A DNA stretch of 64,000 nucleotides from Candidatus Velthaea sp. (GTDB taxonomy: Bacteria; Vulcanimicrobiota; Vulcanimicrobiia; Vulcanimicrobiales; Vulcanimicrobiaceae). Below the pieces are notes generated by a model. That model had not been told where the DNA came from and did not search any database. It was given only the letters and a program-made list of their open reading frames with translations. The stretch is taken from positions 160,001 to 224,000 of the forward strand of contig CBDCCS010000018.1 in the NCBI GenBank assembly GCA_965214935.1, given 5' to 3'. Position numbers and translations under genes: made by a program. Positions within the stretch are counted from its first letter, which is position 1; every line of letters starts with the position of its first letter. Below are positions 29,300-39,436 of the stretch, piece by piece.

Positions 29300-29602
29300 G
29301 TGAACGGTTCGAGCGGCGCCCGCCGGATAAGCTCCGAGGCCGCCCGCCGCGCGCAGACGAGCGATTCGGAGTACCGGTCGGATGAAGAAGTGCTCGGCTC
29401 GACGTTCGTTTCGGTGTGCGCAAGCGTTTTACTCGGTGCGTTGCTGATGGCCGTTATCCTCGCCATGGGCAGTGCCCGACCGGTGCCGGCCTACGCAATC
29501 TTCGGTAGCGGGCTCTTCGGCATCGTCTTCGCCTCGTTTCTCGTCGGCGGCTTACACCTTGCCGTTACCGACTCGCGCCGGCACAAAGACGGCGATCACT
29601 AA
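29300..29602 (+). CDS. Small two-TM membrane protein
   Basis: Two hydrophobic segments; GGAG upstream of GTG. Confidence 0.5.
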   Translation: MNGSSGARRISSEAARRAQTSDSEYRSDEEVLGSTFVSVCASVLLGALLMAVILAMGSARPVPAYAIFGSGLFGIVFASFLVGGLHLAVTDSRRHKDGDH

Positions 29603-29626
29603 AGCCGCCCGTCATAAACGGGCGGC
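29601..29626 (-). terminator. Intrinsic terminator-like hairpin after the DEAD-box helicase (between convergent genes)
   Basis: GCCGCCCGT-CATAA-ACGGGCGGC with a short T run on the minus strand. Confidence 0.55.
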
Positions 29627-29637
29627 AGCAAGCTGAA

Positions 29638-30894
29638 CTAGTTCCAGCGACCCGTGCGCTTGACGACCGGCTTGCCGGCCGTTCGGGGCTTTCCGTCGCG
29701 CGGCCGCGCCGAGGGCCCCGTGTGGACGGCTCCGCGGCTGCGCGGACGCTCGAACGGCTCGGGCGGACCGCTCGGCTCGGGCAGATCCGGTGTCTTCGCC
29801 CGATCCATACGCTTACCAAGTTTGCGTTCGATCTGCGCGAAATAGCCTTCCTCTTCGCGTGAAACGAACGTAATGGCGTCGCCCGTTGCTTTCGCCCGCG
29901 CCGTTCGGCCGATCCGATGAATGTAATCTTCCGGCACCATCGGCACATCGTAGTTGACGACGTGGCCGAGTTCTACGATGTCGATGCCGCGAGCCGCGAC
30001 ATCCGTTGCGACCAGAACGCGATACTTACCGCGCTTGAAGTCCGCGAGTGCGCGCGTGCGCTGCGCCTGCGAGCGATCGCCGTGAATGCGTTCGGCCGCA
30101 ACGTTGTTACGTTCGAGCAGCGCGGCTAACCGATTCGCGCGAGCTTTCGTTCGCGTGAACGCGATCGCGCTGTAGATGACATTGTCTTTGAGCAACTCCA
30201 ACAGCAAGTCGCTTTTGCTGACCTGATTGACCGTGTAGACCGTCTGCGTGATGCCTTCCGCCGGCGCGCTCTTGACCTGAAGTTCGACGCGTACGGGATC
30301 GTCGAGCATTTCTTTGGTCAATGCGGCAATCTCGGGTGGAATGGTCGCTGAGAAAAATAGCGTCTGGCGAGCGCCCGGTATCATCTTGAGCAGCCGGCGG
30401 ACAACCGGCAAGAAACCCATGTCGAGCATTCGATCGGCTTCATCGAGCACCAGATACTCGATCTTCGCCAGACTTGCCGTACCTTGACCGATGTGATCGA
30501 GCAAGCGCCCGGGCGTCGCGACGATGACCTCGGTGCCGCGTTTAAACGCGCCGACCTGACCGCCGAAACCAACCCCGCCGAACACCGCCGCTACCCGCAC
30601 GTTGGTGTGTTTCGCCAGCAGGCTCAAGTGCTCGGAGATTTGCATTGCAAGTTCGCGCGTCGGCGCCAGAACGAGCGCGCGCGTGGTGCCGCGCGGCTTC
30701 GCGGCTAGTGCATTGATGAGCGGGATGCCGAAGGCGGCTGATTTACCGCTACCGGTGACGGCACTGGCGAGGATATCGCGACCGGCGAGCGCCGGAGGGA
30801 TCGCTTCAGCCTGAACGGGCGTCGGTTCGGTGAACCGGAGGTCGTGGATCGCGCGCAGTAACGCGGGGTGTAAATCGAACGTATCGAACGTCAA
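29638..30894 (-). CDS. rhlE: DEAD-box RNA helicase (RhlE-like)
   Basis: Q motif PTPVQ, TGSGKS, PTRELA, TPGRL, DEAD, SAT, HRIGRTAR. Confidence 0.9.
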   Translation of the reverse strand: MTFDTFDLHPALLRAIHDLRFTEPTPVQAEAIPPALAGRDILASAVTGSGKSAAFGIPLINALAAKPRGTTRALVLAPTRELAMQISEHLSLLAKHTNVRVAAVFGGVGFGGQVGAFKRGTEVIVATPGRLLDHIGQGTASLAKIEYLVLDEADRMLDMGFLPVVRRLLKMIPGARQTLFFSATIPPEIAALTKEMLDDPVRVELQVKSAPAEGITQTVYTVNQVSKSDLLLELLKDNVIYSAIAFTRTKARANRLAALLERNNVAAERIHGDRSQAQRTRALADFKRGKYRVLVATDVAARGIDIVELGHVVNYDVPMVPEDYIHRIGRTARAKATGDAITFVSREEEGYFAQIERKLGKRMDRAKTPDLPEPSGPPEPFERPRSRGAVHTGPSARPRDGKPRTAGKPVVKRTGRWN

Positions 30895-30985
30895 AGAGAT
30901 TAACCGTCAATCTTTCAAAAAAATGCGCGAACCGGTCGCTCATTTTTCGAGAGATCGCGCAAGGGTGACGCCCTAGTATCTCACG

Positions 30986-32365
30986 TCATGGGACTTGCGT
31001 CAAACGACCTACGTCGTAACGTGCTGCTCGCGCGACGGGCTGCATGAATATCGGACGGTCGGGCCGGAGAGCGGCGCCCGGTGCAATGCCCACCGGCCGT
31101 AGATCGCTGCGTTCGAGTCGGAACCGGCGGGCTAACGTAGCTAACGCGAGAACGCCTTCGAGCTTGCTGAACGACTCGCCGATACACATTTTGGCACCGC
31201 CGCCGAACGGAAAATAAGCAAACTTCGGACGTACGGTCGCCGCGTCCATCCAGCGCTCGGGCCGAAACAGTCCGGGTTCGTTAAACCAGCGCGGGTTCCG
31301 TTGAGTGATGTACGGGCTCACAAAGACGCTTGAACCGCGCGGAATGACATAGCCGCCTAGTGTCATGTCGGCAATCGGCCGGCGACCGAACGCCACTGCG
31401 GGCGGATACAGACGCAATGTTTCGTTGAATACCGCCGCCGTATAGCGCAACGCCTCGACGTCGGCGGCGACGGGAAGGCGGTCGCCGATCACCCGGTCGA
31501 TTTCGTCGAACATCGTGTCGGCGGCTGCCGGGTGCAAGGCAAGTAAGTACCAGGCCCAGGTAAGCGCCGTTGCGGTCGTTTCGTGTCCGGCTAAGACGAT
31601 CGTGACCGCCTCGTTTTGAATATCTTCGTCGCTGAGCGGAGCGCCGCTCTCATCGCGCTGCGCCAGCAGTAATGAAATGATGTCGTTACCGTTCGCCGCT
31701 CGGCGCCGGGCGACGACGGGTGCAACGATCGCATCGAGTTCGCGCCGTTCCGAATCAAAGATGCCCGGCCCCGTCGGCCAGCGCCGCCGGTAGGCTCGGG
31801 CGAGCGGCTCAGCAAGGGACAACAATGGTGCCAAGACCGCGCTCTTGCGAATCACGCGGGTCAAAACATCGACAATCCTGGCCGCGCCGCCGTTCAAATC
31901 CGCGCCGAAAAGCGCCGAGCCGACGATGCTCAAGCTAAGCCGTCGCATCTCGGCTGCGATGTCGATCGTCGTTTGCGCCGCCCACCGGTCGCCGAGGCGA
32001 ACCGACTCGGCAACCATCGCTTGCGCGTAGGTTGCGATTTGCGCGCGGTGAAAGGCCGGCTGCAACATGCGCCGGCGCTCGCGGTGACGCGGTTCTTCGC
32101 TCGTCAAAAGCCCATCGCCGACGAGTTCGCGCAATAATGTTGCGCCCGTGTCGCGCACGAAGTCATGTTGACGCCGAACGAGAATCTCGGCGATCAAATC
32201 GGGTTCATCGATGAGGTAGATGCGGGCGTTGAGGAGACGGAACGCGGAAACCGGTCCATGGGTCCGCGCCATGCGCTCGAAGAATCGCACGACGCCCGCG
32301 GCGGACCCGCCACCAAAAAAGCCGAACGTCTCCCAGCCACGCGGTCCCGGCGGCATCGTCGTCAT
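30986..32365 (-). CDS. Cytochrome P450
   Basis: AGHETT, ETLRLYPP, PERW, FPFGGGAKMCIG heme motif. Confidence 0.95.
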   Translation of the reverse strand: MTTMPPGPRGWETFGFFGGGSAAGVVRFFERMARTHGPVSAFRLLNARIYLIDEPDLIAEILVRRQHDFVRDTGATLLRELVGDGLLTSEEPRHRERRRMLQPAFHRAQIATYAQAMVAESVRLGDRWAAQTTIDIAAEMRRLSLSIVGSALFGADLNGGAARIVDVLTRVIRKSAVLAPLLSLAEPLARAYRRRWPTGPGIFDSERRELDAIVAPVVARRRAANGNDIISLLLAQRDESGAPLSDEDIQNEAVTIVLAGHETTATALTWAWYLLALHPAAADTMFDEIDRVIGDRLPVAADVEALRYTAAVFNETLRLYPPAVAFGRRPIADMTLGGYVIPRGSSVFVSPYITQRNPRWFNEPGLFRPERWMDAATVRPKFAYFPFGGGAKMCIGESFSKLEGVLALATLARRFRLERSDLRPVGIAPGAALRPDRPIFMQPVARAARYDVGRLTQVP

Positions 32366-32529
32366 GCCGCTTTCGACGTTCGAGACAGTTCATCGGTTGC
32401 GCGCAATCTCCGCGCCGCCCGATCCTGCGGCTTACCGCGCAACACCAGGCGCGCCGCACACGCAACTTGTATAGCGAGTGATGATCCCGCGTTCGCTCTT
32501 TCATCCGCGCAGCGGAGCTTTCAGCGGCG

Positions 32530-34455
32530 TTGCAAAGTAACGGCGCGGTGGAAACCTTAGCCAAGCCGCCGTCAAAGATTCAAGCGCAGACTACCGAGGG
32601 GATCAAACCGGCGCTGGCACTGGCCGCACTCGGCGTTGTTTTCGGCGACATCGGAACCAGCCCGCTCTACACGCTGAAAACGTGTTTCACGACGGCCAAA
32701 GTCGAACCGACGCTCGAAAACGTGCTCGGCATCGTCTCGTTGCTGTTTTGGGCGCTCGTCATCGTCGTTTGCGTCAAGTATGTCGGCACCCTCATGCGCG
32801 TCGATCACGAAGGTGAAGGCGGAATCTTAGCGCTCCTTGCGTTGTCGTCGCCCGACCGCAGCTTCGGCATGCCGATTAAAGTCGGCGTCTTACCGCTCAT
32901 CGTCATTGCCGGCGCGGCCATGCTGTTCGGCGACGGCGTCATCACGCCGGCGATCTCAGTCATCTCGGCCGTCGAAGGCATCGGGGTATCGACGCAAGCC
33001 GCACAACCGTTCATCGTGCCGATTTCGGTCGCGATTCTCGTCGCCTTATTCCTCATTCAATCGCGCGGTACCCAAAGAGTCGGTAAACTATTTGGTCCGG
33101 TGATGGTGCTGTGGTTCGTTGCAATTGCCGTCACGGGTCTGCTTGCAATCGTCAAAGCGCCGCGCGTTTTGGCTGCGCTCGATCCGCGCAATGCAATCTA
33201 TTTTGCGACGCATCACGGCGTGTTCGGCTTCCTCGTTTTCGGCGCGGTCGTGCTGGCGATTACCGGCGTTGAAGCGTTGTACGCCGACATGTCGCACTTC
33301 GGCCGGCTGCCGATCTCCGCGGCTTGGTTCTCGCTTGTTTTCCCGGCGTTGATCTTAAATTATCTCGGTCAGGGTGCGGTGCTCCTGACGAATAGAGCCG
33401 CCTTCGATGCACCGTTCTTCGCTCTGACGTCGGGACCGTGGCTCATTCCGATGGTCATCTTGGCGACCGCCGCGACGGTCATTGCCTCACAAGCGCTCAT
33501 TTCGGGGGCGTTCACCCTGACCGAGCAAGCCGTCAACCTCAATCTCTGGCCGCGCTTGAGCATCATTCATACGTCGAGTAAACAGGCGGGTCAAGTCTTC
33601 GTCCCCGGTGTGAATGTCGTGCTCGCAATCGCCTGCGTCGCACTGGTCGTCACGTTTCGCAGCAGCGATCACTTAGCGGCCGCCTACGGCCTCGCGGTAT
33701 CGGCGACGATGCTGGCAACATCGATCACCTTTTACCATGTCGTGACGGTGGTGCTGAAATGGAGGCGCGCGGTCGTGATCCCGCTCGTCACGTTATTCTT
33801 AATCGTCGACTCGACGTTCTTCTTGTCGGCCCTGCCCAAGATCGCGGAGGGTGCGTGGCTGCCGCTCGCGATTAGTTTGATTTTCGTCATCACGTCATGG
33901 ACGTGGCTCGAGGGCCGGCGCTGTATCGGCAAAGCGCTCCTCGATTTGCAAATGCCGCTCGATCAATATCTGCGCGAAGCCCGGCCTTCATCGGAAAAGC
34001 CGCAAGGGACGATGGTGTTTCTCACCGGCAATCCGCACGGCGTTCCGTTCATCGGCGGACGGCATCGCTGGATACGCGCTCGAGCCGACGAAGAACAAGT
34101 CGTGCTTTTGACGCTCGTACGCGCAGCGCGTCCGTACGTTCCGCAGCCGGAGCGGGTGCAGATCGAGCGCGTCAATGCGCGGCTCGCGATCGTTCGCGCA
34201 AGTTTCGGCTATATGGAGGGCCCGGTTATCGGCGCGATCTTACAAGGCTGCGGTGCGCAAGGTTTGCATCTCGATACCGATGAGACGTCGTTCTTCTACG
34301 CCGATCCGAAGATCGTGGCCGACACAAAAAAGCCGTTGCCGGCTTGGCAACGCCGCTACTTCCGCTTTCTGTTGCGCAACTCGCGGCCCTTACCCGACGA
34401 TTTAGGTATCCTGGCCGAACGGCGCGTCGAACTCGGCGTGGAAGTGGCGATCTAG
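32530..34455 (+). CDS. kup: KUP/HAK/KT potassium transporter
   Basis: LGVVFGDIGTSPLY, GEGG, GDGVITPAISV, EALYADMSHFG, AAYGLAV. Confidence 0.95.
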   Translation: MQSNGAVETLAKPPSKIQAQTTEGIKPALALAALGVVFGDIGTSPLYTLKTCFTTAKVEPTLENVLGIVSLLFWALVIVVCVKYVGTLMRVDHEGEGGILALLALSSPDRSFGMPIKVGVLPLIVIAGAAMLFGDGVITPAISVISAVEGIGVSTQAAQPFIVPISVAILVALFLIQSRGTQRVGKLFGPVMVLWFVAIAVTGLLAIVKAPRVLAALDPRNAIYFATHHGVFGFLVFGAVVLAITGVEALYADMSHFGRLPISAAWFSLVFPALILNYLGQGAVLLTNRAAFDAPFFALTSGPWLIPMVILATAATVIASQALISGAFTLTEQAVNLNLWPRLSIIHTSSKQAGQVFVPGVNVVLAIACVALVVTFRSSDHLAAAYGLAVSATMLATSITFYHVVTVVLKWRRAVVIPLVTLFLIVDSTFFLSALPKIAEGAWLPLAISLIFVITSWTWLEGRRCIGKALLDLQMPLDQYLREARPSSEKPQGTMVFLTGNPHGVPFIGGRHRWIRARADEEQVVLLTLVRAARPYVPQPERVQIERVNARLAIVRASFGYMEGPVIGAILQGCGAQGLHLDTDETSFFYADPKIVADTKKPLPAWQRRYFRFLLRNSRPLPDDLGILAERRVELGVEVAI

Positions 34456-35114
34456 TGCTGCCCGATATCACCGAACTCGAACGGCTGCCGTCGCCGTCGC
34501 CGTCGCCGCAGTCGTTGGGGTTCGACGGCGAACATCTGTGGATGGGCTCGCGCGACACGTGCCGGCTCTACCGTATCGATCTCGCTACCTGGATCGCGCA
34601 CGCTGAGGGCGAGGCGCCCGGAACACCCTGGGGCTTAACCGTAACGGGCGACGACCTGCGCGTCGTTTGCGGCGAAGCGCCCGACGATAACCGGTACATT
34701 CGCCGCTTCGTACCCGGCCACGGCTTCGTGGCCGACGCGCGCATTGCGTGTCCCGATGATACCGGTTCGTATCTCGGGTATGACGGCGACCGGCTGTACC
34801 TGACGCAGTGGTATCGCCGGCGAATTCTCCGTTTAGATGCCGCCGGCGCTGTAGGCAGCATCATCGATGTGCCGCACGGTATCTGTGGTTGCGTCGTCGT
34901 CGAGGGGCGTTTCTACCTCGCGACGACCGATCGCGAAGAAACGACTGATTATTGGCTCACGCGCGTCGATGCGCGCGGCGCAACCCCCATCGTCGAGGAT
35001 CTCGCGCGCATCGGATTCGCGGCCCGCTCGCTGACCTTCGACGGCGAACGGTTCTGGACCAATCACCGCGAGCGCAACGAAGTCGTCGCCTTCGCTGCAC
35101 CGCCCGGCGTATAA
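34455..35114 (+). CDS. Hypothetical beta-propeller-like protein
   Basis: Repeats GFDGEHLW, GYDGDRLY, TFDGERFW; GTG overlaps the kup stop. Confidence 0.65.
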   Translation: MLPDITELERLPSPSPSPQSLGFDGEHLWMGSRDTCRLYRIDLATWIAHAEGEAPGTPWGLTVTGDDLRVVCGEAPDDNRYIRRFVPGHGFVADARIACPDDTGSYLGYDGDRLYLTQWYRRRILRLDAAGAVGSIIDVPHGICGCVVVEGRFYLATTDREETTDYWLTRVDARGATPIVEDLARIGFAARSLTFDGERFWTNHRERNEVVAFAAPPGV

Positions 35115-35127
35115 GGCCGGATTGGGC

Positions 35128-35745
35128 CTAAGCTCGTGCCGCGGTCGCTACTGCGGGCTCGAACTCCGCTAGGAACGCCGGCAGTTCAACGTTACCCGTG
35201 CTGACCGCCGAGCTTCCGCCGGCAAGCAGCAACGTGACGTCGGTGATGCCGATGAAGCCCAAGATCTGCTTGATATAACTGCTGGCGACGTTATGGGACT
35301 CGGCGTAGGCGCCGGGCGTATACACGCCGCCCGATGCTAGGATCACGGTCGCTTTCTTGCCTTTGACTAAGCCTTCGTAGCTCGGCGAAAAGGTTACGCC
35401 GATGCGAACGATGTGGTCGATATATGCCTTGAGGTTGGCCGGTATCGAAAAGTTATACATCGATGTCCCGAGCACGAGATGGTCGGCGGCCATCAATTCT
35501 GCGATGAGCTCGTCGGAAATCTTCAACGCTTCGGCCATTTCGGCTGAATGTTGTTCGGGCGGCGTATAGGCACCGGCGATCCACGGCAAATCAATGAACG
35601 GCAGGTCGGTTTTTACCAAATCGCGTTGGACGACGGTACCGCCGGCATGTTCCGCGGTCCAATCGGCAACGAATTTTGCGGTCAACTGGCGCGAGACCGA
35701 ATAGTCTCCCCGCGGACTGGATTCAATGACGAGCAGACTAGGCAT
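35128..35745 (-). CDS. azoR: FMN-dependent NADH-azoreductase
   Basis: ESSPRGDYSVSR, MYNFSIPANLKAYIDHI, ASGG, LGFIGITD. Confidence 0.93.
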   Translation of the reverse strand: MPSLLVIESSPRGDYSVSRQLTAKFVADWTAEHAGGTVVQRDLVKTDLPFIDLPWIAGAYTPPEQHSAEMAEALKISDELIAELMAADHLVLGTSMYNFSIPANLKAYIDHIVRIGVTFSPSYEGLVKGKKATVILASGGVYTPGAYAESHNVASSYIKQILGFIGITDVTLLLAGGSSAVSTGNVELPAFLAEFEPAVATAARA

Positions 35746-35818
35746 GAAGTGATCCTCGTGTAAGCATGGCAAAAGGGGGGTGGTCATCATCGTACGATGC
35801 GCTAGACCGTTATACACA

Positions 35819-35844
35819 ACAACTGTTGCTTTTGCAACAGGTGT
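35819..35844. promoter_or_regulatory. Putative TetR operator
   Basis: ACA-A-CTGTTGC-TTTT-GCAACAG-G-TGT inverted repeat between divergent azoR and tetR. Confidence 0.6.
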
Positions 35845-35858
35845 AGTAAGATAAGATA

Positions 35859-36443
35859 ATGGCGCAGATTGTTGGACCGCTGGTCGAACCGGCCGATCCG
35901 AGAACGCGCCGCACGCGATATCTTCTGCATGCGGCGCTGGCCGAATTGCTGCGCAGCAAGCCGTTCGGAAAGATCTCCGTGGGCGATATCACCGCCGAAG
36001 CAGCCGTCAATCGTGCGACCTTTTACGCCCACTATCCCGATAAATTCGCGCTGCTCGAGGGGTTTGTGGGTGCCGAGTTTCAGGCCGTTTTGACCAAACG
36101 CCAAGTGCGCTTCGACGGCTCGTGTCCGCAAGCGCTGCAGAACATCACGTTGGCAATGTGCGATTATCTGGCCGGCTTGCCCGGGGCTGCCTGTGCGGAG
36201 CGGCGGGAACTCGACAGCCATTTCGAGTCGGCGCTCATGGCCGTCGTGCGCGATATGCTCCTGTGCGGTCTACGCGCACGGGCCGGGCCGCGAAACGTCG
36301 CGCCCGAACTCATTGCAGCAACGATCAGCGGCGCGATCTACGGCGGGGCGAACGAGTGGGTTCGCACGCCGGACCGCGGACCGCTCGAAGGCGCCGTTGA
36401 CGATATTTTTACGCTGATCGCGCCGATGCTGGCAACAGGTTAA
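35859..36443 (+). CDS. TetR/AcrR family regulator
   Basis: DPRTRRTR...ISVGDIT..AAVNRATFYAHYPDK. Confidence 0.93.
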   Translation: MAQIVGPLVEPADPRTRRTRYLLHAALAELLRSKPFGKISVGDITAEAAVNRATFYAHYPDKFALLEGFVGAEFQAVLTKRQVRFDGSCPQALQNITLAMCDYLAGLPGAACAERRELDSHFESALMAVVRDMLLCGLRARAGPRNVAPELIAATISGAIYGGANEWVRTPDRGPLEGAVDDIFTLIAPMLATG

Positions 36444-37597
36444 CGGCTGACGCCGGCCGGCGGCGCGCGATCCGGTACGCGCACGACGGGTGCGAGCGCC
36501 GCAATCGTCAGGGCGAATACGCCGACGAACGCAAACGCGACGTCAATCGATGAGTGCGCGGCCGTAAAGCCGATGAGCGACGGGCCGATGAAGAAGCCGC
36601 CGTAGCCGAGCGTGGTCACGACCGCAACTCCGGCGCCCGAACCCGCTTGCGCGTCGTCGCCGCCCGCGCCGTACACGATCGGCGAAACATTCGCTAAGCC
36701 GATGCCGGCGATGAAAAAGCCGGCCAAGACCGCGCTGTAGGTGTGGACGATAAGCGCGAGTGCAATCCCGCCCGCCGCAATGATGCCGCCGGCGCGAATC
36801 AGCCGGACGCGGCCGGTGCGGTCGACGATCCAGTCGCCGCTGAAACGCGCCGCGGACATTGCCACGGCATAGGCTGCAAATCCACCTAGCGCGGCCGAAA
36901 TACTCACATGTAGCGATTCACGCAAATAGATGCCGCTCCAGCCGACGAGCGCGCCTTCGGATACGGCGCCGCAGATGGCCGCGACCCCGAGCCATAACAG
37001 ACGAGCCGGGATCCGGCGCGAGCGCCGCCGGCGGACGTGCGGTTGCGGATCTTCGCGGACGAGCAGCGGCAGTGCCGACAGGGCGGCGGCGGCTATCACG
37101 ATTGCGACGCCGGCGCTGGCTGTGCCGTGCGGCCAGCGCGCGGCGACGACGCCCGCCATTGCGCCGGCGGCGACGAACGTGCCGACGCTAACGAGTGCGT
37201 GCAACGACGACATGACCGGCCGCCCGGCGCGACGCCCTAGCGTGATACCGTTAACGTTGATTGAAACGTCGAGCGTGCCGTTTCCGATGCCCATGATGAA
37301 CGCCGCGCCCAACAGCGGTCCGTAGCTCGGTGCAGCGGTCGTATAACCTAAAGCCATTCCGTAAAGCGTCCCACCGGCGGCGATCAGGCGGCGGCTGCCG
37401 TAACGATCGCAAAGCGCGCCGCAGGCCGGCATTGCGACGATCGCACCCGCCGCCGCGCAGAGCAAAACGACCGCCAGCGCAGCATCGTTGAGTGCAAGCC
37501 GTTCTTTGACGATGGGAATGAACGCGGCCCAGGCGCCGATACCGATGCCGATGATGAGGAACATTGCCGAGATCGCGCCGCGCTGCGCGCGGATCAC
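36440..37597 (-). CDS. MFS transporter
   Basis: DRYGSR motif A, DVSINVNG, MSSLHA, about 12 TMs. Confidence 0.9.
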   Translation of the reverse strand: MIRAQRGAISAMFLIIGIGIGAWAAFIPIVKERLALNDAALAVVLLCAAAGAIVAMPACGALCDRYGSRRLIAAGGTLYGMALGYTTAAPSYGPLLGAAFIMGIGNGTLDVSINVNGITLGRRAGRPVMSSLHALVSVGTFVAAGAMAGVVAARWPHGTASAGVAIVIAAAALSALPLLVREDPQPHVRRRRSRRIPARLLWLGVAAICGAVSEGALVGWSGIYLRESLHVSISAALGGFAAYAVAMSAARFSGDWIVDRTGRVRLIRAGGIIAAGGIALALIVHTYSAVLAGFFIAGIGLANVSPIVYGAGGDDAQAGSGAGVAVVTTLGYGGFFIGPSLIGFTAAHSSIDVAFAFVGVFALTIAALAPVVRVPDRAPPAGVSR

Positions 37598-38619
37598 GCG
37601 GCGTCAACGGGAACGGCGCGGCGGTAAACGATCGCAGCGTTGCGCTCGTCGCGCCTGACGTACGCTTGCCGCCGCAAGCGTTCGAGGTGAGCGAGTGTTT
37701 CGGCAACGGCGAATTGCTGGTGCGCTGAGTTGAGTTCGCTAAAGTTTCGATTGCGTCGCGTCCACGGTAACGCGCGCGCAATGTCGGCGCCGCTCAGCGG
37801 CTCGGCGCCGAGCAACGCTTGAATCTGCGCTTCACGCCGTGCTTCGTGCGCCAGCAATGCATCGACACGGCCACCCAGATCGGCAAATGGTTCGCCATGA
37901 GCGGGGAAAACGCGCCGTGCGGCGCTTGTCCGAGCGACGTGCAGCGAACGGATGTAATCTCCGAGCGGATCGCTGTCGCCCGCGCGCCAAATGCCGACAT
38001 GCGGTGTGATCGGATCCAGGATGTGATCGCCGCTAAAAAGCGTAGCGGTCGGTAAGTCGAAAAAACACAGATGACCCGGCGTGTGACCGGGCGTCCAATA
38101 CGCTTGCAGGCGTCCGATCCGTTCGCCGTCGGCGATCTCGCGCGTCGGCGGCGCGAGTTCCGTCCGGTGATGATGCAGCTCGTCTTCGAGCAAGGTGTCG
38201 ACGCGTAATCCGTTGCGTTCGATCCAAGCATCGGCAACGCGATCTGCGCCGGCCGGATCGCTCAACGTAGCGCGCGCGAGCTCCCAATCGCGGACATGCA
38301 TCCCAAGTTCCGCAATGCCGGCGCGCATGAGTGTCGCCGCCAATCCGTAATGATCGAAGTGCGCATGGGTGACCACTAAGCGACGGATATCGCCTAAGCG
38401 ATAGCCGTGCGCTTGTAGACCGGCGTGCAGCGCCGCCAACACATCGTCGGCCTTCCAACCGGCGTCGATAAGCGTAAGGCCATCGTCTTCGGCGACCAAA
38501 TAACCGTTGATATAGCGCAACGGATTGCCGGCCATCGGTAAACGCACTTGTATGATGCCGTCGCCGTGGGCGGTCGTCGCTTCAAAGTCGCTCAGTTGCG
38601 CCCGCTTCATACCGATCAC
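37594..38619 (-). CDS. MBL-fold metallo-hydrolase with C-terminal winged helix
   Basis: THAHFDH, TPGHTPGH, SGDH, PAHG. Confidence 0.9.
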   Translation of the reverse strand: MIGMKRAQLSDFEATTAHGDGIIQVRLPMAGNPLRYINGYLVAEDDGLTLIDAGWKADDVLAALHAGLQAHGYRLGDIRRLVVTHAHFDHYGLAATLMRAGIAELGMHVRDWELARATLSDPAGADRVADAWIERNGLRVDTLLEDELHHHRTELAPPTREIADGERIGRLQAYWTPGHTPGHLCFFDLPTATLFSGDHILDPITPHVGIWRAGDSDPLGDYIRSLHVARTSAARRVFPAHGEPFADLGGRVDALLAHEARREAQIQALLGAEPLSGADIARALPWTRRNRNFSELNSAHQQFAVAETLAHLERLRRQAYVRRDERNAAIVYRRAVPVDAA

Positions 38620-38663
38620 GCACGTACATGAAGTGCAGCCTTCGCCGAGTCGAGCGCATTCCG

Positions 38664-39314
38664 CTATTGGTGGAGCGTGGCCGCACGATGGAAGAGCGGA
38701 CTTTCGGTCAAGCCGTTCAAGACGAATTGCACGGCGAGAGCCGCGAGAATGATTCCGAGCAAACGAGTGACGACGTGCACGCCCGTGTTGCCGATGAGCT
38801 TGAGCACGAGCGTTGCGCTACGCATACACGCCCACGTTACGGCCAGTGCCGTGATGAACGCAAAAAACACGATTGCCAGCCGCACGCCGTTGTAATGCGT
38901 TGCATTGACGAGCAGCAAAACCGTCGCGATCGTGCCGGGTCCCGCGATCATCGGCACCGCCAGCGGAAAGACCGCGGGATTCTCGATCTGCGCGGATTCA
39001 CGCTGTTCTTCTTCGGTTTGTTTGGTGCCGGTTTTGCGCGCGAAGAGCATGTCGATGGCGATGAGCAGCAGCAGCACGCCGCCCGCGATTGCAAATGCCG
39101 GCAACGTGATGCCGAGGTATTCAAGCAGCGCCCGCCCGGCCAGACCCATCACTAAGATGATAACTGCGGCAATGATGACGGCCCGATCGACGATCGCCGC
39201 GCGTGCGCGCGGAGACGCCTGAGTCGTAACGGCGAGCGCGAGGGGAATCATGCCGACCGGGTCGATGATGGTAAACGCCGTCACGAACGCGGTAACGGCA
39301 AAGCGAACGTCCAT
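38664..39314 (-). CDS. MarC family membrane protein
   Basis: IIDPVG, AFAIAGG, FPLAVPMIAGPG, RLLGIILAALAVQ. Confidence 0.92.
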   Translation of the reverse strand: MDVRFAVTAFVTAFTIIDPVGMIPLALAVTTQASPRARAAIVDRAVIIAAVIILVMGLAGRALLEYLGITLPAFAIAGGVLLLLIAIDMLFARKTGTKQTEEEQRESAQIENPAVFPLAVPMIAGPGTIATVLLLVNATHYNGVRLAIVFFAFITALAVTWACMRSATLVLKLIGNTGVHVVTRLLGIILAALAVQFVLNGLTESPLFHRAATLHQ

Positions 39315-39436
39315 CGAGCTACGTCAGACCGCATGGGCGGCGGAACCCTGCAGCCGTCGGCTGCATTGCAGCAACCGAACTTGCGAGCGGTCGAGCCGAC
39401 GAGGAAAAGCGGCTTCATGCCGAAGAGAATCGGCGA

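Noticed and set aside
29085..29303. 72-aa ORF or frameshifted small membrane gene
   Set aside because: No convincing start or motif; joining frames would be speculative.
32366..32529. c-di-AMP (ydaO) riboswitch before kup
   Set aside because: The conserved ydaO sequence elements are not recognisable.
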